Shown: positions 11,111 through 25,199 of the stretch, piece by piece
Numbering within the stretch: the first letter of the stretch is position 1
Layout of the letters: each line of letters begins with the position of its first letter
DNA from: Ginglymostoma cirratum
Taxonomy: Eukaryota
NCBI GenBank assembly: GCA_024137785.1
Contig: JAHRHZ010000092.1
Coordinates: 945,452-984,197, forward strand
DNA length: 38,746 nucleotides
Reading direction: 5' to 3'
Program-made: the position numbers and the translations under genes
The notes under the pieces: model-generated
What the model was told of the DNA's origin: nothing
Seen by the model: the letters and a program-made list of their open reading frames with translations, nothing else
Database searches by the model: none

Positions 11111-12609
11111 TATAAACTTAAAATATTTCGCTGAATATGCAGTGGAGCATAAATATGAGTGTGAGCTCCTGAGAGGTGCTAATCTGCACTTTAAATTAAT
11201 TGAGAAAAACCTGATGAGCCAAAGGAAGTGGTGTCAATGGACACGCCTCTCCCTCAGAATAAGGTCTCCACAATGCCTCACATTTGATTCTCTCTGCTCT
11301 CCCTCTTTCTGATATTATAATCTGGGTGTTGCAGGCTGAAGTGATGGATAATGGTGATGGAGGTTCAAAGATCTTTCTACACATGGCTTCAGACATTTCT
11401 CTCCCGCATTCCATTGTTCCAGGTTGTACACATTTACTCAGGTTGGTAGTCTGTGTTACTTTATATTCGATATACCTTTGTAAATCATCAATGGGGCATT
11501 AACACCAAGCTGTTGCCCCAGGGACAGTGTCATTCTTCACTGCGCTGCAAATTGTCCCTCCTGATTCTGTACTCCTGTCAAACCAAAATAACAGGCACTG
11601 GTTTGTGGACATTTTAGAGCGCCCCTTTTGGTTGTTTGAAAAAAAGGCACCTAGTGTCAAAAAAAGTTACATTGCTTTCCTTTTTTGTTCTGTTCCTTTC
11701 TGTTGTTCTTTATTTCTTTATTTCCCTCTGCTTTCATCTTTCTCTAGTTTGTTATTTAATCATTTCCTTCATCCTCTGTTTTGCCATCTTTACCTTTTTG
11801 CCTTTACCTGGCGCCAGTCAAGCAGACAGCTTTGTCCTGGATGGTGTCAAATTTTATGAGTGCTGTTGGAGCTGCACCCATCCAGGCACAGCATTCCATC
11901 ACACTCCTGACTTGTGCCTTGTAGGTGGTGGACAGGATTTAAGGAGTCAGGAAGTGAGATACCTACTTATGGATGCCTGTGTGGGACCATATTTGAAATA
12001 GAGATGGATCTGTCAATCAGCTGATTAACCACAGACCACCTGGACAGACTGCTAGGTCAGAGTTTTGCCATGGGGAATGCTGCTTCTGTCCTATCAATTG
12101 GCAGCATCTTGCCATTCTGTATAAATTGGAGTTGCCTGTCAAAGTTTGGTTTCTTACATTCAGTCCTGGGGGGCTCAGACAAAAGGAGTGAAATTCATGA
12201 CTCATTTCTCAAGAAACGTTTATATTGTCAAGAAATTAAAGTTGGCTTTTAATCACAAGGACACTGGAACACATTGTGCTTCAGTTGCACAAACATGTAG
12301 AATGACTCCATCTGAAACTGATTTAGATCTGGCTGACATGCAGATTCACTAAAACATTCCCTGAGTTGTTTTACAGTTAAATTAATATGTTTTGATCTGT
12401 ACACTTATCTTCCATTCATTTGTACATAACAGATTCAATGGTGAGCTGAATAAGTTTTCGAATATACAGATGACACGGAAAGAAACTATTTCCTCTGGTC
12501 TGAGGGCATCCAAATTAAAGGGATAAAATCTTCAACATAAAACCTCATAGTTCTTTGTTCAGTAAGTGAATAGTTGGGTCAGGAGCAAAGGATTTAAGGA
12601 TAATGAACA

Positions 12610-12850
12610 AAAATAGCAGTTGCTGAATAAGCTCAGCAGCTCTGGCAGCAACTGTGAAGAGAATTCAGAGTTAACATTTCAGGTCTAGTGATCCTCCCTC
12701 AGGCAGTCCACCACCATCTTCCTCAGAAGGGTCAGAGATCCAAAGCATTAACTGATTTCTCTTCACAGATGTTGCCAGACCTGCTGAGCTTTTCCAGCAA
12801 CTATTGGTTTTGTTTCTGATTTATAGCATCCGCAGTTGTTTCAGCTTTTA
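12610..12850. mobile_element. Inverted pair of older PLE-type terminal fragments
   Basis: agctcagcag.tctggcagca.ctgtgaagaga followed by its reverse complement tctcttcacagatgttgccagacctgctgagct. Confidence 0.6.
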
Positions 12851-12954
12851 TTAAGGATAATGAACAGCCTGATGACAAAGCATATTCAATGGGCTTAATG
12901 GCCTCATCCTTCCTTTGTAGAACTCCAAATTCTGGACTGAGGAATGAAAAGGCT

Positions 12955-13225
12955 TCCTCCGGTCACCCATTCTACGCTTTGCTTCCCCAATGTAAAGGAG
13001 ACCTTCCTGTGAGCATTGAATGCAATAAACTAGATTCTGGGAAGTGCAGGTGAAGTACTGCTTCATCTGGAAAGTATGTTTGGCCCCTTGGGTACTGGGG
13101 AGGGAGGAGGTAAATGGGCAGGTGTTGTACCTTCACTGGTTGCAGGGGAAGGTGCCGTGAGGCTGTGGGGGATGGTGGTGTTGGAGGAGAAGGAAGAGTG
13201 GACCACGGTGTCCCGGAGGGAATGG
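12955..13225 (-). mobile_element. Penelope-like GIY-YIG endonuclease fragment
   Basis: FTCTSQNLVYCIQCSQEGLLYIGEAKRRMGDR, similar to 26257-26511. Confidence 0.8.
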
Positions 13226-13227
13226 TC

Positions 13228-16130
13228 CATAGAACATAGAACAGTACAGCACAGTACAGGCCCTTCCGCCCACGATGTTGTGCCAAACTTTTACCCTAAT
13301 CCTAAGGTCTACCTAACCTCCACCCCTACCTTATACTATCATCCATATGCCTATGTAATAGCCGCTTAAATGCCCCTAATGAGGCCAACTGCACTACCCT
13401 CTCCGGCAATGCATTCCACGCCCCGACCACTCTCTAAGTAAAGAACCTACCTCTGACGTCCCCCCTATATCTACCTCCACTCACTTTAAAACTATGCTCC
13501 CTCGTAACAGCTACCTCCACCTTAGGAAAACGTCTCTGGCTGTCTACTCTATCTATAGCTCTGATCATTTTGTATACCTCTATCAAGTCACCTTTCATCC
13601 TTCTTCTTTCTGAAGAGAAAAGCCCAAGCTCTCTCAACCTTTCCGCGTAAGACCTTCCCTCCATTCCAGGCAACATCCTGGTAAATCACCTCTGCACCTT
13701 TTCCAATGCTTCCACATCTTTCCTGTAATGAGGCGACCAGAACTGGACACAATACTCCAGATGTGACCGAACCAGGCTTTTGAATAGCTGGAGCATAACT
13801 TCATGGCTCTTGAACTCAACCCCTCTATTAATGAATGCTAACACACCATATGCCTTCTCAACAACTCTATCCACCTGGGTGGCAGCTTTCAGGGAACTGT
13901 GAACATGAACCCTGAGATCCCTCTGCTCCTCCACACTGCCAAGACTCTTTCCATTTACCCTGCATTCTACTTTCAAGTTTGTCCTTCCAAAATGAATCGC
14001 CTCACACTTTTCAGGGTTAAACTCCTTCTGCCACTTGTCAGCCCAGCTCTGCATTCTATCAATGTCCCTTTGTAACCTAGAACAGCCCTCCACACTATCC
14101 ACAACTCGACCCACCTTCGTATCGTCCACGGACTTACTAATCCACCCTTCCACTCCTTCATCCAAATCATTTACAAAAATCACAAAAAGAAGAGGACACA
14201 GAACAGATCCTTGTGGTACACCACTCGTAACTGAGCACCATGTTGAATATTTTCCATCCACTACCACACTTTGTCTTCTAAGAGTCAGCCAATTCTGAAT
14301 CCAATCAGCCACATTTCCCCCTATCCCATGCCTCCTTACCTTCTGCATGAACCTTCCATGGGAAACCTTATCAAATGCCTTACTTAAATCCATGTATACC
14401 ACATCCACTGCTCTACCTTCATCCATATGTTTGGTCACTTCTTCAAAGAATTCAATAAGGTTTGTGAGGCATGCTGTACCCCTCACAAATCCATGCTAAC
14501 TATCACGAATCAAACTGTGCCTTTCCAAGTGATCATAAATCCTATCTCTCAGAGCCCTTTCCAATAATTTGCCCACCACTGACATAAGACTAACTGGCCT
14601 GTAATTTCCAGGGTTATCCCTATTCCCTTTTTTGAACAAGGGAATGACGTTTGCTCTTTCCAATCTTCCGGCACTATACCTGTGGACAGTAAGGACAAAA
14701 AGATCATCGCCAAAAGCCCTGCAACCTCTTCTCTCGCTTCCCATAGAATCCTTAGATAAATCCCATCAGGGCCAGGGGACTTATCTATCTTCAAGTTCCT
14801 CAAAATTCCTAGTACTAATCTTCCTTACTAACATTGACCTCCTCTCGTCTACCAGCCTGTTTCACACTGTCCTCCTCTACAACTAGGTCCCTCTCAGTTG
14901 TGAATACCAAAGAAAAGTATTCATTAAGGACCTGTCCTATCTCTTGAGGCTCCGTGCACAAATTCCCTTTACAATCCTTGATCGGCCCTACTCTTTCTCT
15001 GGTCATTCCCTTATTCCTTATGTACGTGTAAAAAGCCTTGGAGTTTTCCTTGATCCTATCTGCCAAGGTTTTCTCATACCCCCTTATAGCTCTCTTAAGC
15101 CCTTTCTTCAGCTTCTTCCTGGATAACTTGTATCCCTCTTGAGCCTTTTCCATTCTTTGTTTCCTAAACCTTATGTAAGCATCCTTCTTCCTCTTAACCA
15201 GCTGTTCGACCTCTCTTGATAACCAAGGGTCCCTCACTCGACAGCATCTTCTCTGCCTGCTAGGGACAAACATATCGAGCACACGCAGTATGCATTCCTT
15301 AAACAATCTCCACATTTCAATAGTGCTCTTCCCTGACAGCATCTGTTCCCAATTTATGTTACCCAGTTCTTGCCTAACAGAATTGTAATTACCCTTCCCC
15401 CAATTATAAACTTTACCCTGCTGTATGTACCTATCCTTTTCCGTGACTGTTGTAAAAGTAACAAAGTATGATCGTTATCACCAAAATGCTCTCCTACCAA
15501 TAGGTTTAACATTTGGCCCAGTTCATTGCCAAGCACCAAATCCAAAGTGGCCTCTCCTCATGTTAGCCTATGTACATACTGTGTCAAGAATCCTTCCAGA
15601 ACGCACTGGACAAAATTCGCTCCATCTAAACTATTACAACTAAAAAGTTTCCAATCAATATTTGGAAAGTTGAAGTCACCCATGACTACAACCCTGTGAC
15701 TTCTGCACCTTTCCAGTATCTGTCTCCCAATCCGCTCCGTTACTTCTCTGCAACTATTAGGGGGTCTGTAAAAAAACCCCAAGAAAATGACTGCTCCTTT
15801 CTTGTTCCTGACCTCAATTCAAACTCTGTAGACATATCAGTCTCGAACTGCCTTTCAGTAGCTGCTATACTAGCCCTGACTAGCGATGCCACTCTCCCAC
15901 CTCTTTTTCCACCCTCCCTATTTCTTTTAAAGCATCTAAATCCCAGAACTTCCAACAATCATTCCTGTCCCTGAGTTACCCAAGGTTCTGTAGTGGTGAC
16001 AACATCGTAGTTCCAAGCACTGACCCATGCTCTAAGTTCATCCGCCCTATTTCTGATACTTCTAGCATTGAAGTATACACACCTCAAACCATCTCTGTGT
16101 CCACAATTACGCTCCATTGACCGCATTTCA
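13228..16130 (-). mobile_element. CR1 LINE, 5'-truncated, ORF2 (APE endonuclease + RT) broken by frameshifts and stops
   Basis: GFFYRPP..VVVMGDFNFPNIDW (endonuclease), YRPVSL, DLSKAFDKV, GVPQGSVL, SVDDTK (RT); catagaa-repeat tail at 13228. Confidence 0.93.
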
Positions 16131-16234
16131 TTTGTGCCGATCTATTATCCTACGAAGATCAATCTACCCTGCATACCCTACATTTTACGATCCTACATGT
16201 GCCTATCCATGAGTCGCTTAAAAATCTCTAAGCA

Positions 16235-19200
16235 TTAGTCATTGGGGACTCCATAGTTAGGGGGACAGATAGGAGATTCTGCGGGAACGAGACAGACTCG
16301 TGGTTGGTGTGTTGCCTCCCAGGTGCCAGGTCTGTGATGTCTTGGATCATGTTTTTGGGATCCTTAACGGGGAGGGGGAGCAGCCCCAAGTCGTGGTCCA
16401 CATAGGCACCAACGACAGAGGTAGGAAAAGGGACGGGGATGTAAGGCAGAAATTCAAGGAGCTAGGGTGGAAGCTTAGAGCTAGAACAAACAACGTTGTT
16501 ATCTCTGGTTTGTTATCTGTGCCACGTGCTAGCGAGGCGAGGAATAGGGAGAGAGAGCAGTTGAACACACAGCTACAGGGACGGTGCAGGAGGGAGGGAT
16601 TCAGATACCTGGACAATTGGGGCTCATTCTGGGGTAGGTGGGACCTCTACAAACGGGATGGTCTGCACCTGAACCAGAGGGGTACCAATATCCTGGGGGG
16701 GAAATTTGCTAATGCTCTTCGGGAGGGTTTAAACTAATTCAGCAGGGGGATGGGAACCTGACTTGGAGCTCCAGTGTACAGGAAGTTGAGAGTAGTGAGG
16801 TTATGAATAAGGTTTCAAGGTCGCAGGAGATTACCGGCAGGCAGGAAGGTGGTTTGAAGTGTGTCTACTTCAACGCCAGGAGCATCCGGAATAAGGTGGG
16901 TGAACTTGCAGCATGGGTTGGTACCTGGGACTTTGATGTTGTGGCCATTTCGGAGACATGGATAGAGCAGGGACAGGAATGGTTGTTGCAGGTTCCGGGG
17001 TTTAGCTGTTCAGTAAGATGAGGGAAGGTGGTAAAAGAGGGGGAGGTGTGGCATTGTTAGTCAAGGACAGTATTACGGTGGTAGAAAGGACGTTTGATGA
17101 GGACTCGTCTACTGAGGTAGTAATGGGCTGAGGTTAGAAACAGGAAAGGAGAGGTCACCCTTTTGGGAGTTTTCTATAGGCCTCCAAATAGTTCCAGAGA
17201 TGTAGAGGAAAGGATAGCAAAGATGATTCTGGATAGGAGCGAAAGGAACAGGGTAGTTGTTATGGGGGACTTTAACTTTCCAAATATTGACTGGAAACGC
17301 TATAGTTCAAGTATTTTAGATGGGTCAGTTTTTGTCCAATGTGTGCAGGAGGGTTTCCTGACACAGTATGTAGATAGGCCAACAAGAGGCGAGGCAACAT
17401 TGGATTTGGTACTGGGTAATGAACCAGGACAGGTGTTAGATTTGGAGGTAGGTGAGCACTTTGGTGATAGTGACCACAATTCGGTTATGTTTACTTTAGC
17501 GATGGAAAGGGATAGGTATATAACACAGGGCAAGAGTTATAGCTGGGGGAAGGCAATTATTAGGGGAGTAGGCAAGCCTTAGGATGCATAGGATGTGGAA
17601 GGAAACTGCAGGGGCTGGGCACAATTGAAATGTGGAGCTTGTTCAAGGAACAGCTACTGCGTGTCATTGATAAGTATGTACCTGTAAGGGAGGGAGGAAG
17701 TGGTCGAGCAAGGGAACCGTGGTTTACGAAAGAAGTTGAATCTCTTGTCAAGAGGAAGAAGGAGGCTTATGTAAAGATGAGGTGTGAAGGCTCAGTTAGG
17801 GCGCCTGAGAGTTACAAGTTAGCCAGGAAGGAACTAAAGAGACAGCTAAGAAGAGCCAGGAGGGGACATGAGAAGTCTTTGGTAGGTAGAATCAAGGAAA
17901 ACCCTAAAGCTTTCTATAGGTATGTCAGGAATAAAAGAATGACTAGAGTAAGATTAGGGCCAGTCAAGGACAGTAGTGGGAAGTTGTGCGTGGAGTCCGA
18001 AGAGATAGGAGAGGTGCTAAATGCATATTTTTCATCAGTATTCACACATGAAAAAGACAATGTTGTCAAGGAGAATACTGAGATACAGGCTATTAGACTA
18101 GATGGGATTGAGGTTCATAAGGAGGAGGTGTTAGCAATCCTGAGAATAGATAAGTCCCCTGGCCGGATGGGATCTATCCTAGAATTCTCTGGTAAGCTAG
18201 GGAGGAGATTGCAGAGCCTTTGGCTTTGATCTTTTTGTCGTCATTGTCTGCAGGAATAGTGCCAGAAGACTGGAGTATAGCAAATGTTGTCCCCTTGTTC
18301 AAGAAGGGGAGTAGAGACAACCCTGGTAATTATAGACCAGTGAGCCTTACTTCGGTTGTGGGTAAAGTGTTGGAAAGGGTTATAAGAGATAGGATTTATA
18401 ATCATCTAGAAAGGAATAATTTGATTAGGGATAGTCAACACGGTTTTGTGAAGGGTAGGTCGTGCCTCACAAACCTTATTGAGTTCTTTGAGAAGGTGAC
18501 TAAACAGGTGGATGAGTGTAAAGCGGTTGATGTGGTGTATATGGATTTCAGTAAAGCATTTGATAAGGTTTCCCACGGTAGGCCATTGCAGAAAATTCGG
18601 AGGCATGGGATTGAAAGTGATTTAGTTATTTGGATCAGAAATTGGCTAGCTGTAAGAAGACAGAGAGTGATGGTTGATGGGAAGTGTTCATCCTGGAGTT
18701 CAGTTACTAGTGGTGTACCGCAAGGATCTGTTTTGGGGCCACTGCTGTTTGTCATATTTATAAATGACCTGGATGAGGGCGTAGATGGATGGGTTAGTAA
18801 ATTTGCGGATGACACTAAAGTCGGTGGAGTTGTGGATAGTGCGGAAGGATGTTGCAGGTTACAGCGGGACATAGATAAGCTGCAGAGCTGGGCTGAGAGG
18901 TGGCAAATGGAGTTTAATATGGAAAAGTGTGAGGTGATTCACTTTGGAAGGAGTAACAGGAATACAGAGTACAGGGCTAATGGTAAGATTCTTGGTAGTG
19001 TGGACGAGCAGAGAGATCTCGGTGACCATGTGCATAGATCCCTGAAAGTTGCCACCCAGGTTGATAGGGTTGTTAAGAAGGCGTACAGTGTGTTAGGTTT
19101 TATTGGTAGAGGGATTGAGCTTCGGAGCCGTGAGGTCATGTTGCAGCTATACAAAACTCTGGTGCGGCCGCACTTGGTGTATTGCGTACAGTTCTGATCA

Positions 19201-19699
19201 CCGCATTATAGGAAGGATGTGGAAGCATTGGAAAGGGTGCAGAGGAGATTTACCAGGATGTTGCCTGGTATGGAGGGAAGGTCTTATGAGGAAAGGCTGA
19301 GAGATATGAGGCTGTTTTCATTAGAGGGAAGAAGGTTAAGAGGTGACTTAATAGAGACATACAAGATGATCAGAGGATTGGATAGGGTGGACTGTGAGAG
19401 CCATTTTCCTCGGATGGTGATGGCTAGCACGAGGGGACATAGCTTTAAATTGAGGGGTGATAGATATAGGACAGATGTCAGAAGTAGATTCTTTACTCAG
19501 AGAGTAGTAAGGGCATGGAATGCCTTGCCTGCAGCAGTAGTAGACTCGCCAACTTTAAGGGCATTTAAATGGTCGTTGGATAAACATATGGATGATGCTG
19601 GAATAGTGTAGGTTAGATGGGCTTCAAATTGGTTTCACAGGTCGGCGCAACATCGAGGGCCAAAGGGCCTGTACTGCGCTGTAATGTTCTATGTTCTAT
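16235..19699 (+). mobile_element. CR1 LINE with ORF1 SGNH-esterase remnant and disrupted ORF2
   Basis: VIGDSIV..VVVHIGTND..DGLHLN (ORF1 esterase, 16235-16737); CVYFNARS..AISETW, GDFNF (endonuclease); DFSKAFDKV, GVPQGSVLGP, KFADDTK (RT); tail tgttctatgttctat. Confidence 0.95.
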
Positions 19700-21529
19700 C
19701 TGACTCCACTACCACTGCTGGCAGCGCATGCCACATGCCCACCACTCTCTAGGTGAAGAATCTACCTCTGACATCTCCTCTATACCTTCTCCCAATCACC
19801 TTAAAATTATGCCCCCTCATATCAGGAATGAACTTGCTGAGAAACTGGTGGATGCAGATACAATTACAATGTTAAAAGATTTGGATGGATATGTGAATAG
19901 GAAAGGTTTGGAGGGATATGGGCCAGGGGCAGGCAGGTGGGACTAGTTTACTTTGGGATCATGTTTGGCATAGACTGGTTGGACCAAAGTGTCTGTTTCC
20001 ATGCTGTATGACTCTATAGAAGCATTTATTCCACAAAGGATGGTAGATATCTGGAATACTTTCAAAAATACATTTGATGCTGGTGGTCATTTCAATACTG
20101 AGATTGATATTTTTTGGAGTCAGTGTGTTTAAGCATTGAGTACAGAGCAACCATAATTGATTCGTGGTGCAGGCCGGAAGGGCTGTATGTCCTCTCTCTG
20201 ACACTGTGTGAATGTTGAACAAGTTTCAAGGTACTAATGTGTTTTGTGATCCTACAGTGCCCTCTACAGCTTGTCTTGCGTTTACTTCATTATCGGGGTA
20301 AGGGCATGACTGGCGAGACCTATTACCCACCAGTGATTGCCCTGGTGGAGATGATAAGGAGCCCCACAATGCTATATAGAAACCCAATTCTTTTCCCACT
20401 TTCTGTTCATTTTCTTCCAGTCTAGTCATTATTTTTGTTCCATTTGTTAACTGGTTTTATGAGTGTTACAGATAGCTAATACAAACTGTTGAAAGTCAGC
20501 AACCTGAAGGCATACTAGACTCGAAACGTTAATTCTGTTTCTCTCTCCACAGATGCTGTCAGACATGTTGAATTTATCAAGCCTTCTCTGTATTTGTTTG
20601 AGATTTTCAGCATCTGCAGCATTTTGCCTTTATCTGAGCATCCTCTGCTGACCGGATGCGTTTAACGCCTGAGAACAGGATGTGTTTAAGTTCTCTCATA
20701 TCAACATTCTTTTCTCCCGGCTGTGCTTATCAGGAGTCTTGTTAAAAGCATCTATTATAATATCCTCGTCATCCCTGTGACATGGAGTTCCACAATCTCA
20801 GTAATCTTCATTTTAAGATTCTTCCCAATACTCTGTTGGATTTATTGCTAATCATAGTATCTTAGAGTTTTACAGGACAGTACAGAAGCAGGTCATTCAG
20901 CCCATTTTCTATGCTGACTCCCAAAAGAGTTACTCACCTGGTCCCACTCTCCGGCCTTATCTCATAGAAGCAAAGGAAGATAGAAGCAGGAGTAGGCCAT
21001 TCAGCTCCTCAAGCCTGCTCTGCCACTCAATAAGATTATGGCTGATCTATCACTGAATTCCATGTGCCTGCTTTGGGCTTATATCCCTTGATATCTTTGC
21101 TTAATAAAAGTTTGTCTATCTCAGATTTAAATTTAACAATTGAATTAGCATAGACTGCCATTTAACAAAGAAATTCCAAACCTCCACTACTCTTTGAGTA
21201 AAGAAATACCTTTTAAAATCTCTCCTGAATGGCTTAGCCCTAATTCTCAGCCTATTCCCACTGGTTCTAGAATTTTGAACCAGTGGAAATGGTTTATCTT
21301 TACCTACCTGTCTTTCCCTGTTAAAACTTTGAAGACCTGGATTAGATCACCTCTTAAACTTCTAAATTCCAGAGCATAAGGGCCTAATTTGTCTAATATC
21401 TCTAAAAATGTAACACCCGAAATCCAAATTTCATCCTTGGAAACCTACATTGAACTCTCTCCTGAGCCAGAACATCCTTCCCAAGGTGTGGTGCCCAAAT
21501 CTCCTCACAATACTCCAAGTAGGGTCGAA

Positions 21530-22890
21530 CTATAGGCCAGTGAGCCTGACATCAGTGCTGGGAAGTTATTGGAGAGGATACTGAGGGACAGGATCAACCA
21601 ACCTTTGGATAGTCAAAGTCTGATCAGGAATAGTCAGCATGGATTTGTGCATGGGGTGTCATGTCTGACAAATTTTTTATAGTTTTTCGAACAGGTAACC
21701 AAGAGAATAAACAAGGGTAGGGCAGTGGATGTTGTCTATATGGATTTTTGTAAGGCCTTTGACAAGGTCCCGCATGGCAGGCGAGTCATGAAAGTTATGT
21801 TGCATGGGATCCAGGGAGAGCTAATCAGATTCAAAATTGGCTCAATGGTAGGAAGCAGAGGGTGATGTTGAAGGATGTTTCTCAGTCTGGAGGCTTGTGA
21901 CTAATGATGTGCCCCAGAGATCGTGCTGGGACCTTTGTTATTTACATAAGTGATCTGGATATGCTCATACAAGGCATGATTAGTAAGTTTGCGAATGATA
22001 CAAAATTATGAGCTATCATTGATAGCGAGGAAGGTTATCAAAAATTACAGAGGAATCTTGATCGGATGGGGAAGTAGGCCAAGGATTGGCAAATGCAATT
22101 CAATACAGATAAGTGTGAGGTAATGCATTTTGAAAGTCAAACCAGGATAGGACTAATTCCAGTTAAATGGTAGGGTCCTGAGGAGTGTTGCGAAACAGAG
22201 GGACCGAGGAGTAAAAGTTCATCTTTCAGTAAAAGCAGCGTCACAGGTGGACAGGGTGGTGAAGAAGGCATTTAGCATGCTGGCTTCATCGGTCAACGCA
22301 TTGAGTATAGGAGTTGGGATGTTACATTACCATAGTATAAGTCGGTGAGGCGGCACTTGGAGTATTGTGTATGGTTTCATTTACCCTTTTGTCGGAAAAA
22401 CAGAGTTAAACTGGCAAAGTGTGCAAAGAAGATTTACAAGGATGTTACCAGAACTAGTAGGCCTGATTTATAGCGAGAAATTGCCCAGGATAGGACTTTA
22501 TTCCTTGGAACATAGGAGAATAAGGGATGCCCTTACTGAGGAGTATAAAATCATGACAGCCATAGGTAGGATGAATACATATACTGTTTTTCCCAGGGAT
22601 GGGGTATTGAAATTTAGAGGGCATATGATTAAGGTGAGAGGGGAAAGATTTGAGAAGGACCTGAGAGGCAACTTCTTCACACAGAGAGCATTGCATATAT
22701 GGAATGGGCTGGCAGAGAAAGTAGTTGAGGCAGGTACAATAGCAACATGTACATACATGGATGGGAAGGGTTTAGAGAGATATGGACCAAATGCCACAAT
22801 TGGAAATAGCTGAGTGGGTACCACGGTAAAAATGGACCAATTTGTCCTGAAGGACCCGGTTCCGTGCTGTATTACTCTATGACTCTATCC
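21530..22890 (+). mobile_element. Degenerate CR1 LINE, RT half
   Basis: YRPVSLTS..SQHGF..KAFDKVPH..VQRRFTRMLP..LYSLE.RR; ctctatgactctat tail. Confidence 0.85.
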
Positions 22891-23852
22891 ATACTCTCAA
22901 CCTTCAGTGGGCCAACAGTATTCTTAACTGGCCACTTTCCCTTTGTATAACTACAAAGGCTCTTCTTATTGATAAGCCAATGGGTGGATCTTTGTTGATG
23001 TTTGTATTTGTCCCAATCTGTGAGATCTCTACTCATCTTTGGATTTTTACAAGCCTTTTCTTTAACATTTATGCTGTGCCTTCCCCCTACCTAGAAGTGC
23101 ATAGCATTTTTTTTGAGTAGGTGCTTTCCTTTCTTATACTTCTGAATAGCATTAAATATTTCTTTGAACATCCTCCACTTTCCTCAGTTGTTCTCCCTGT
23201 TAGCAGAGATTCCCAATTTTAGCGTGGGCAGTCTCTGCCTCATCCTATGAAAGTCTTCCTTACTTAAATCTATATTTAAATTCGATTTCCATAGACCACA
23301 AATTGGTCACTTTCAAATATATATCCAGCTCTCTTTTGAAGCCTACCATCAAATCCACCACCACCACTTTCTGAGGCAGCACATTCCAAATCCCAACAAC
23401 ACTGAGTAAAGAACTTTCTCCTCATTTCATTCCTAGCTCTCTTGCTGACAATCTTGAAGTTGTTGGAAATCATTCTGATTTCCCCATCAGTCCTTCAGAA
23501 TTTCTGAGACTCGCTACTTTCATTTCTCAATGAAACAGACATGTTCAGCTAATAAAAACAAAATACTGAGGATTTTGGAAATCTGAAACAAAAATGCAGT
23601 GTGGAAAAACTCAACACATCTGTGGAGGGAGAGAGGGAGAAAGTTAGCATCTTGAGTCTGGTATAACTCTTCTTCGGATCTGAGACACGTTCAGCATCTC
23701 TAGAAGTTAAAACCTCTCGGAATCGTTCGCTTTTGTTTGCAATTTCTCCAGCGCTACTCAATTTCATCATCCACTTTCATTTTAACTGATCTCTTCTTAA
23801 CGTCAAAGATATAGGGCGAGAGGAAACAGCTTTGTTTCCAGCTGCCGTTTGG

Positions 23853-23891
23853 GGTATTTGTTGAGCTGCTCCTTCTCTCTGAGTCACTGTG
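23853..23891 (-). other. 23-RSS of V5
   Basis: CACAGTG (23891-23885), 23 nt, ACAAATACC (23861-23853). Confidence 0.92.
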
Positions 23892-24332
23892 AATACTCCA
23901 GGCACAGAAATACACGGCCGAGTGATCCACTCGGAGGCTGGGAGATTTCAGGTTAAATTCGGTGTCACTCGGTCGCTCGGCGGTGAAACCGTCCGGCGTT
24001 TTCTTTGGATTTACGATACCGCTAAGTGTAGAGTAAAGCATGAACTGCGGCTCCTTCCCTGGGCTTTGTCTGTACCAGTACATATAAGGGTTGCTGGTGC
24101 CCTGCACAGTGCACTTCAGAGTCACATTCTCCCCGGGAATTTTGGAGACAGCAGCGGGAATCTGGTGGATTGTCTGTGAATCCGCGACTGCAACAGAGAC
24201 AGGGAGAAGAGGCGGTCAGTTAATGAAGACAATCAGGATAGAAGCAGGAAAACAAAAGTTCATGAACATAACCAGTGTTTGAGAAAATCCCTTACATTGA
24301 AAAGTAGTCATTAGACCTATGAACAGATACAT
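23892..24332 (-). CDS. TRBV: TCR beta V segment V5 (TRBV30-like), potentially functional; exons 24332-24296 and 24187-23892
   Basis: MYLFIGLMTTFQ|FADSQTIHQIPAAVSKIPGENVTLKCTVQGTSNPYMYWYRQSPGKEPQFMLYS..DHSAVYFCAWS. Confidence 0.92.
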
Positions 24333-24458
24333 CATTTGCTTGAAGTTTCCTATTTGTAAGGGAAGGTGCGAGCACAGCAGTTGGGCGCCTTGGGGAGAAT
24401 CAACCCGCGCTTTGCAAGTATTTGATGGATCCATCAGGGCTCGAAGGGGTGGAATGGA

Positions 24459-24490
24459 ATTGGACACGCCCCCAGGCCCGTCAACCAATC
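24459..24490 (-). promoter_or_regulatory. Putative V5 promoter: CCAAT, CACGCCC (Sp/KLF), CCAAT
   Basis: attggacacgcccccaggcccgtcaaccaat, conserved at 32607-32637 upstream of V7. Confidence 0.55.
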
Positions 24491-24547
24491 GGAACTAATA
24501 TGGCTGTTTTACCTTTTGGCAGAGCTTCCCAGCTGACCACGGACAGT

Positions 24548-24695
24548 CATAGAACATATAACTGTACAGCACAGTACAGGCTCTTCGGCCCACGATGTTG
24601 TGCAGAACTTTTACCCTTATCCTAAGGTCTATCTAACCTCCACCCCTACCTTATACTATTATCCATATGCCTATCTAATAGCCGTTTAAATGCCC
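24548..24695 (-). mobile_element. CR1 3' end fragment
   Basis: Near-identical to 13228-13375; absent at the paralogous site near 32695. Confidence 0.8.
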
Positions 24696-25199
24696 GCGCC
24701 TCATATCGTTAAAGACTGCCTTTCTTAAACCTAAAATTAAATCAAATCCCTGTAGACCTTTAAATCCCTCACTTTCAAGTATATATCCAACTCTCTTTTG
24801 AACAATCTTCAGGAACCCGCCTCCACCACTTTCCCAGGCAGCACTTTCCCTAACAATTCTGAGTAAAGAGGTTTCAGCGCATGACACTCTAAGCTCTCTC
24901 GCTGACAATTTTGGAATCGTTGGAAACCATTCCGACTTTCCCATCAATCTTTCAGAATTTCTAAGACACATATAGGGACTGTTCCCCTCCTTTCAGTTCC
25001 CAATGAAACAGATATCAGCCAAGTAAAGCTGATAAAATGTTCCCAGTTATCGCCCTGAATATTTGCGAAGCAGAAAGGCTACTGGCGTAAGTGTTTTCCC
25101 AGTGTTGAGAACTTCAATGGCAGTCCCTAGCAGGTTCAAGTCCCAGCTCAGGATTTGATGGTCACGGCGGTGTTTCGTAACAGGTTGATTAAAGAGGAA

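Noticed and set aside
16235-19699. Active LINE or cellular esterase gene
   Set aside because: ORF1 is 5'-truncated and ORF2 has several frameshifts and stops; the esterase domain is a normal CR1 ORF1 component
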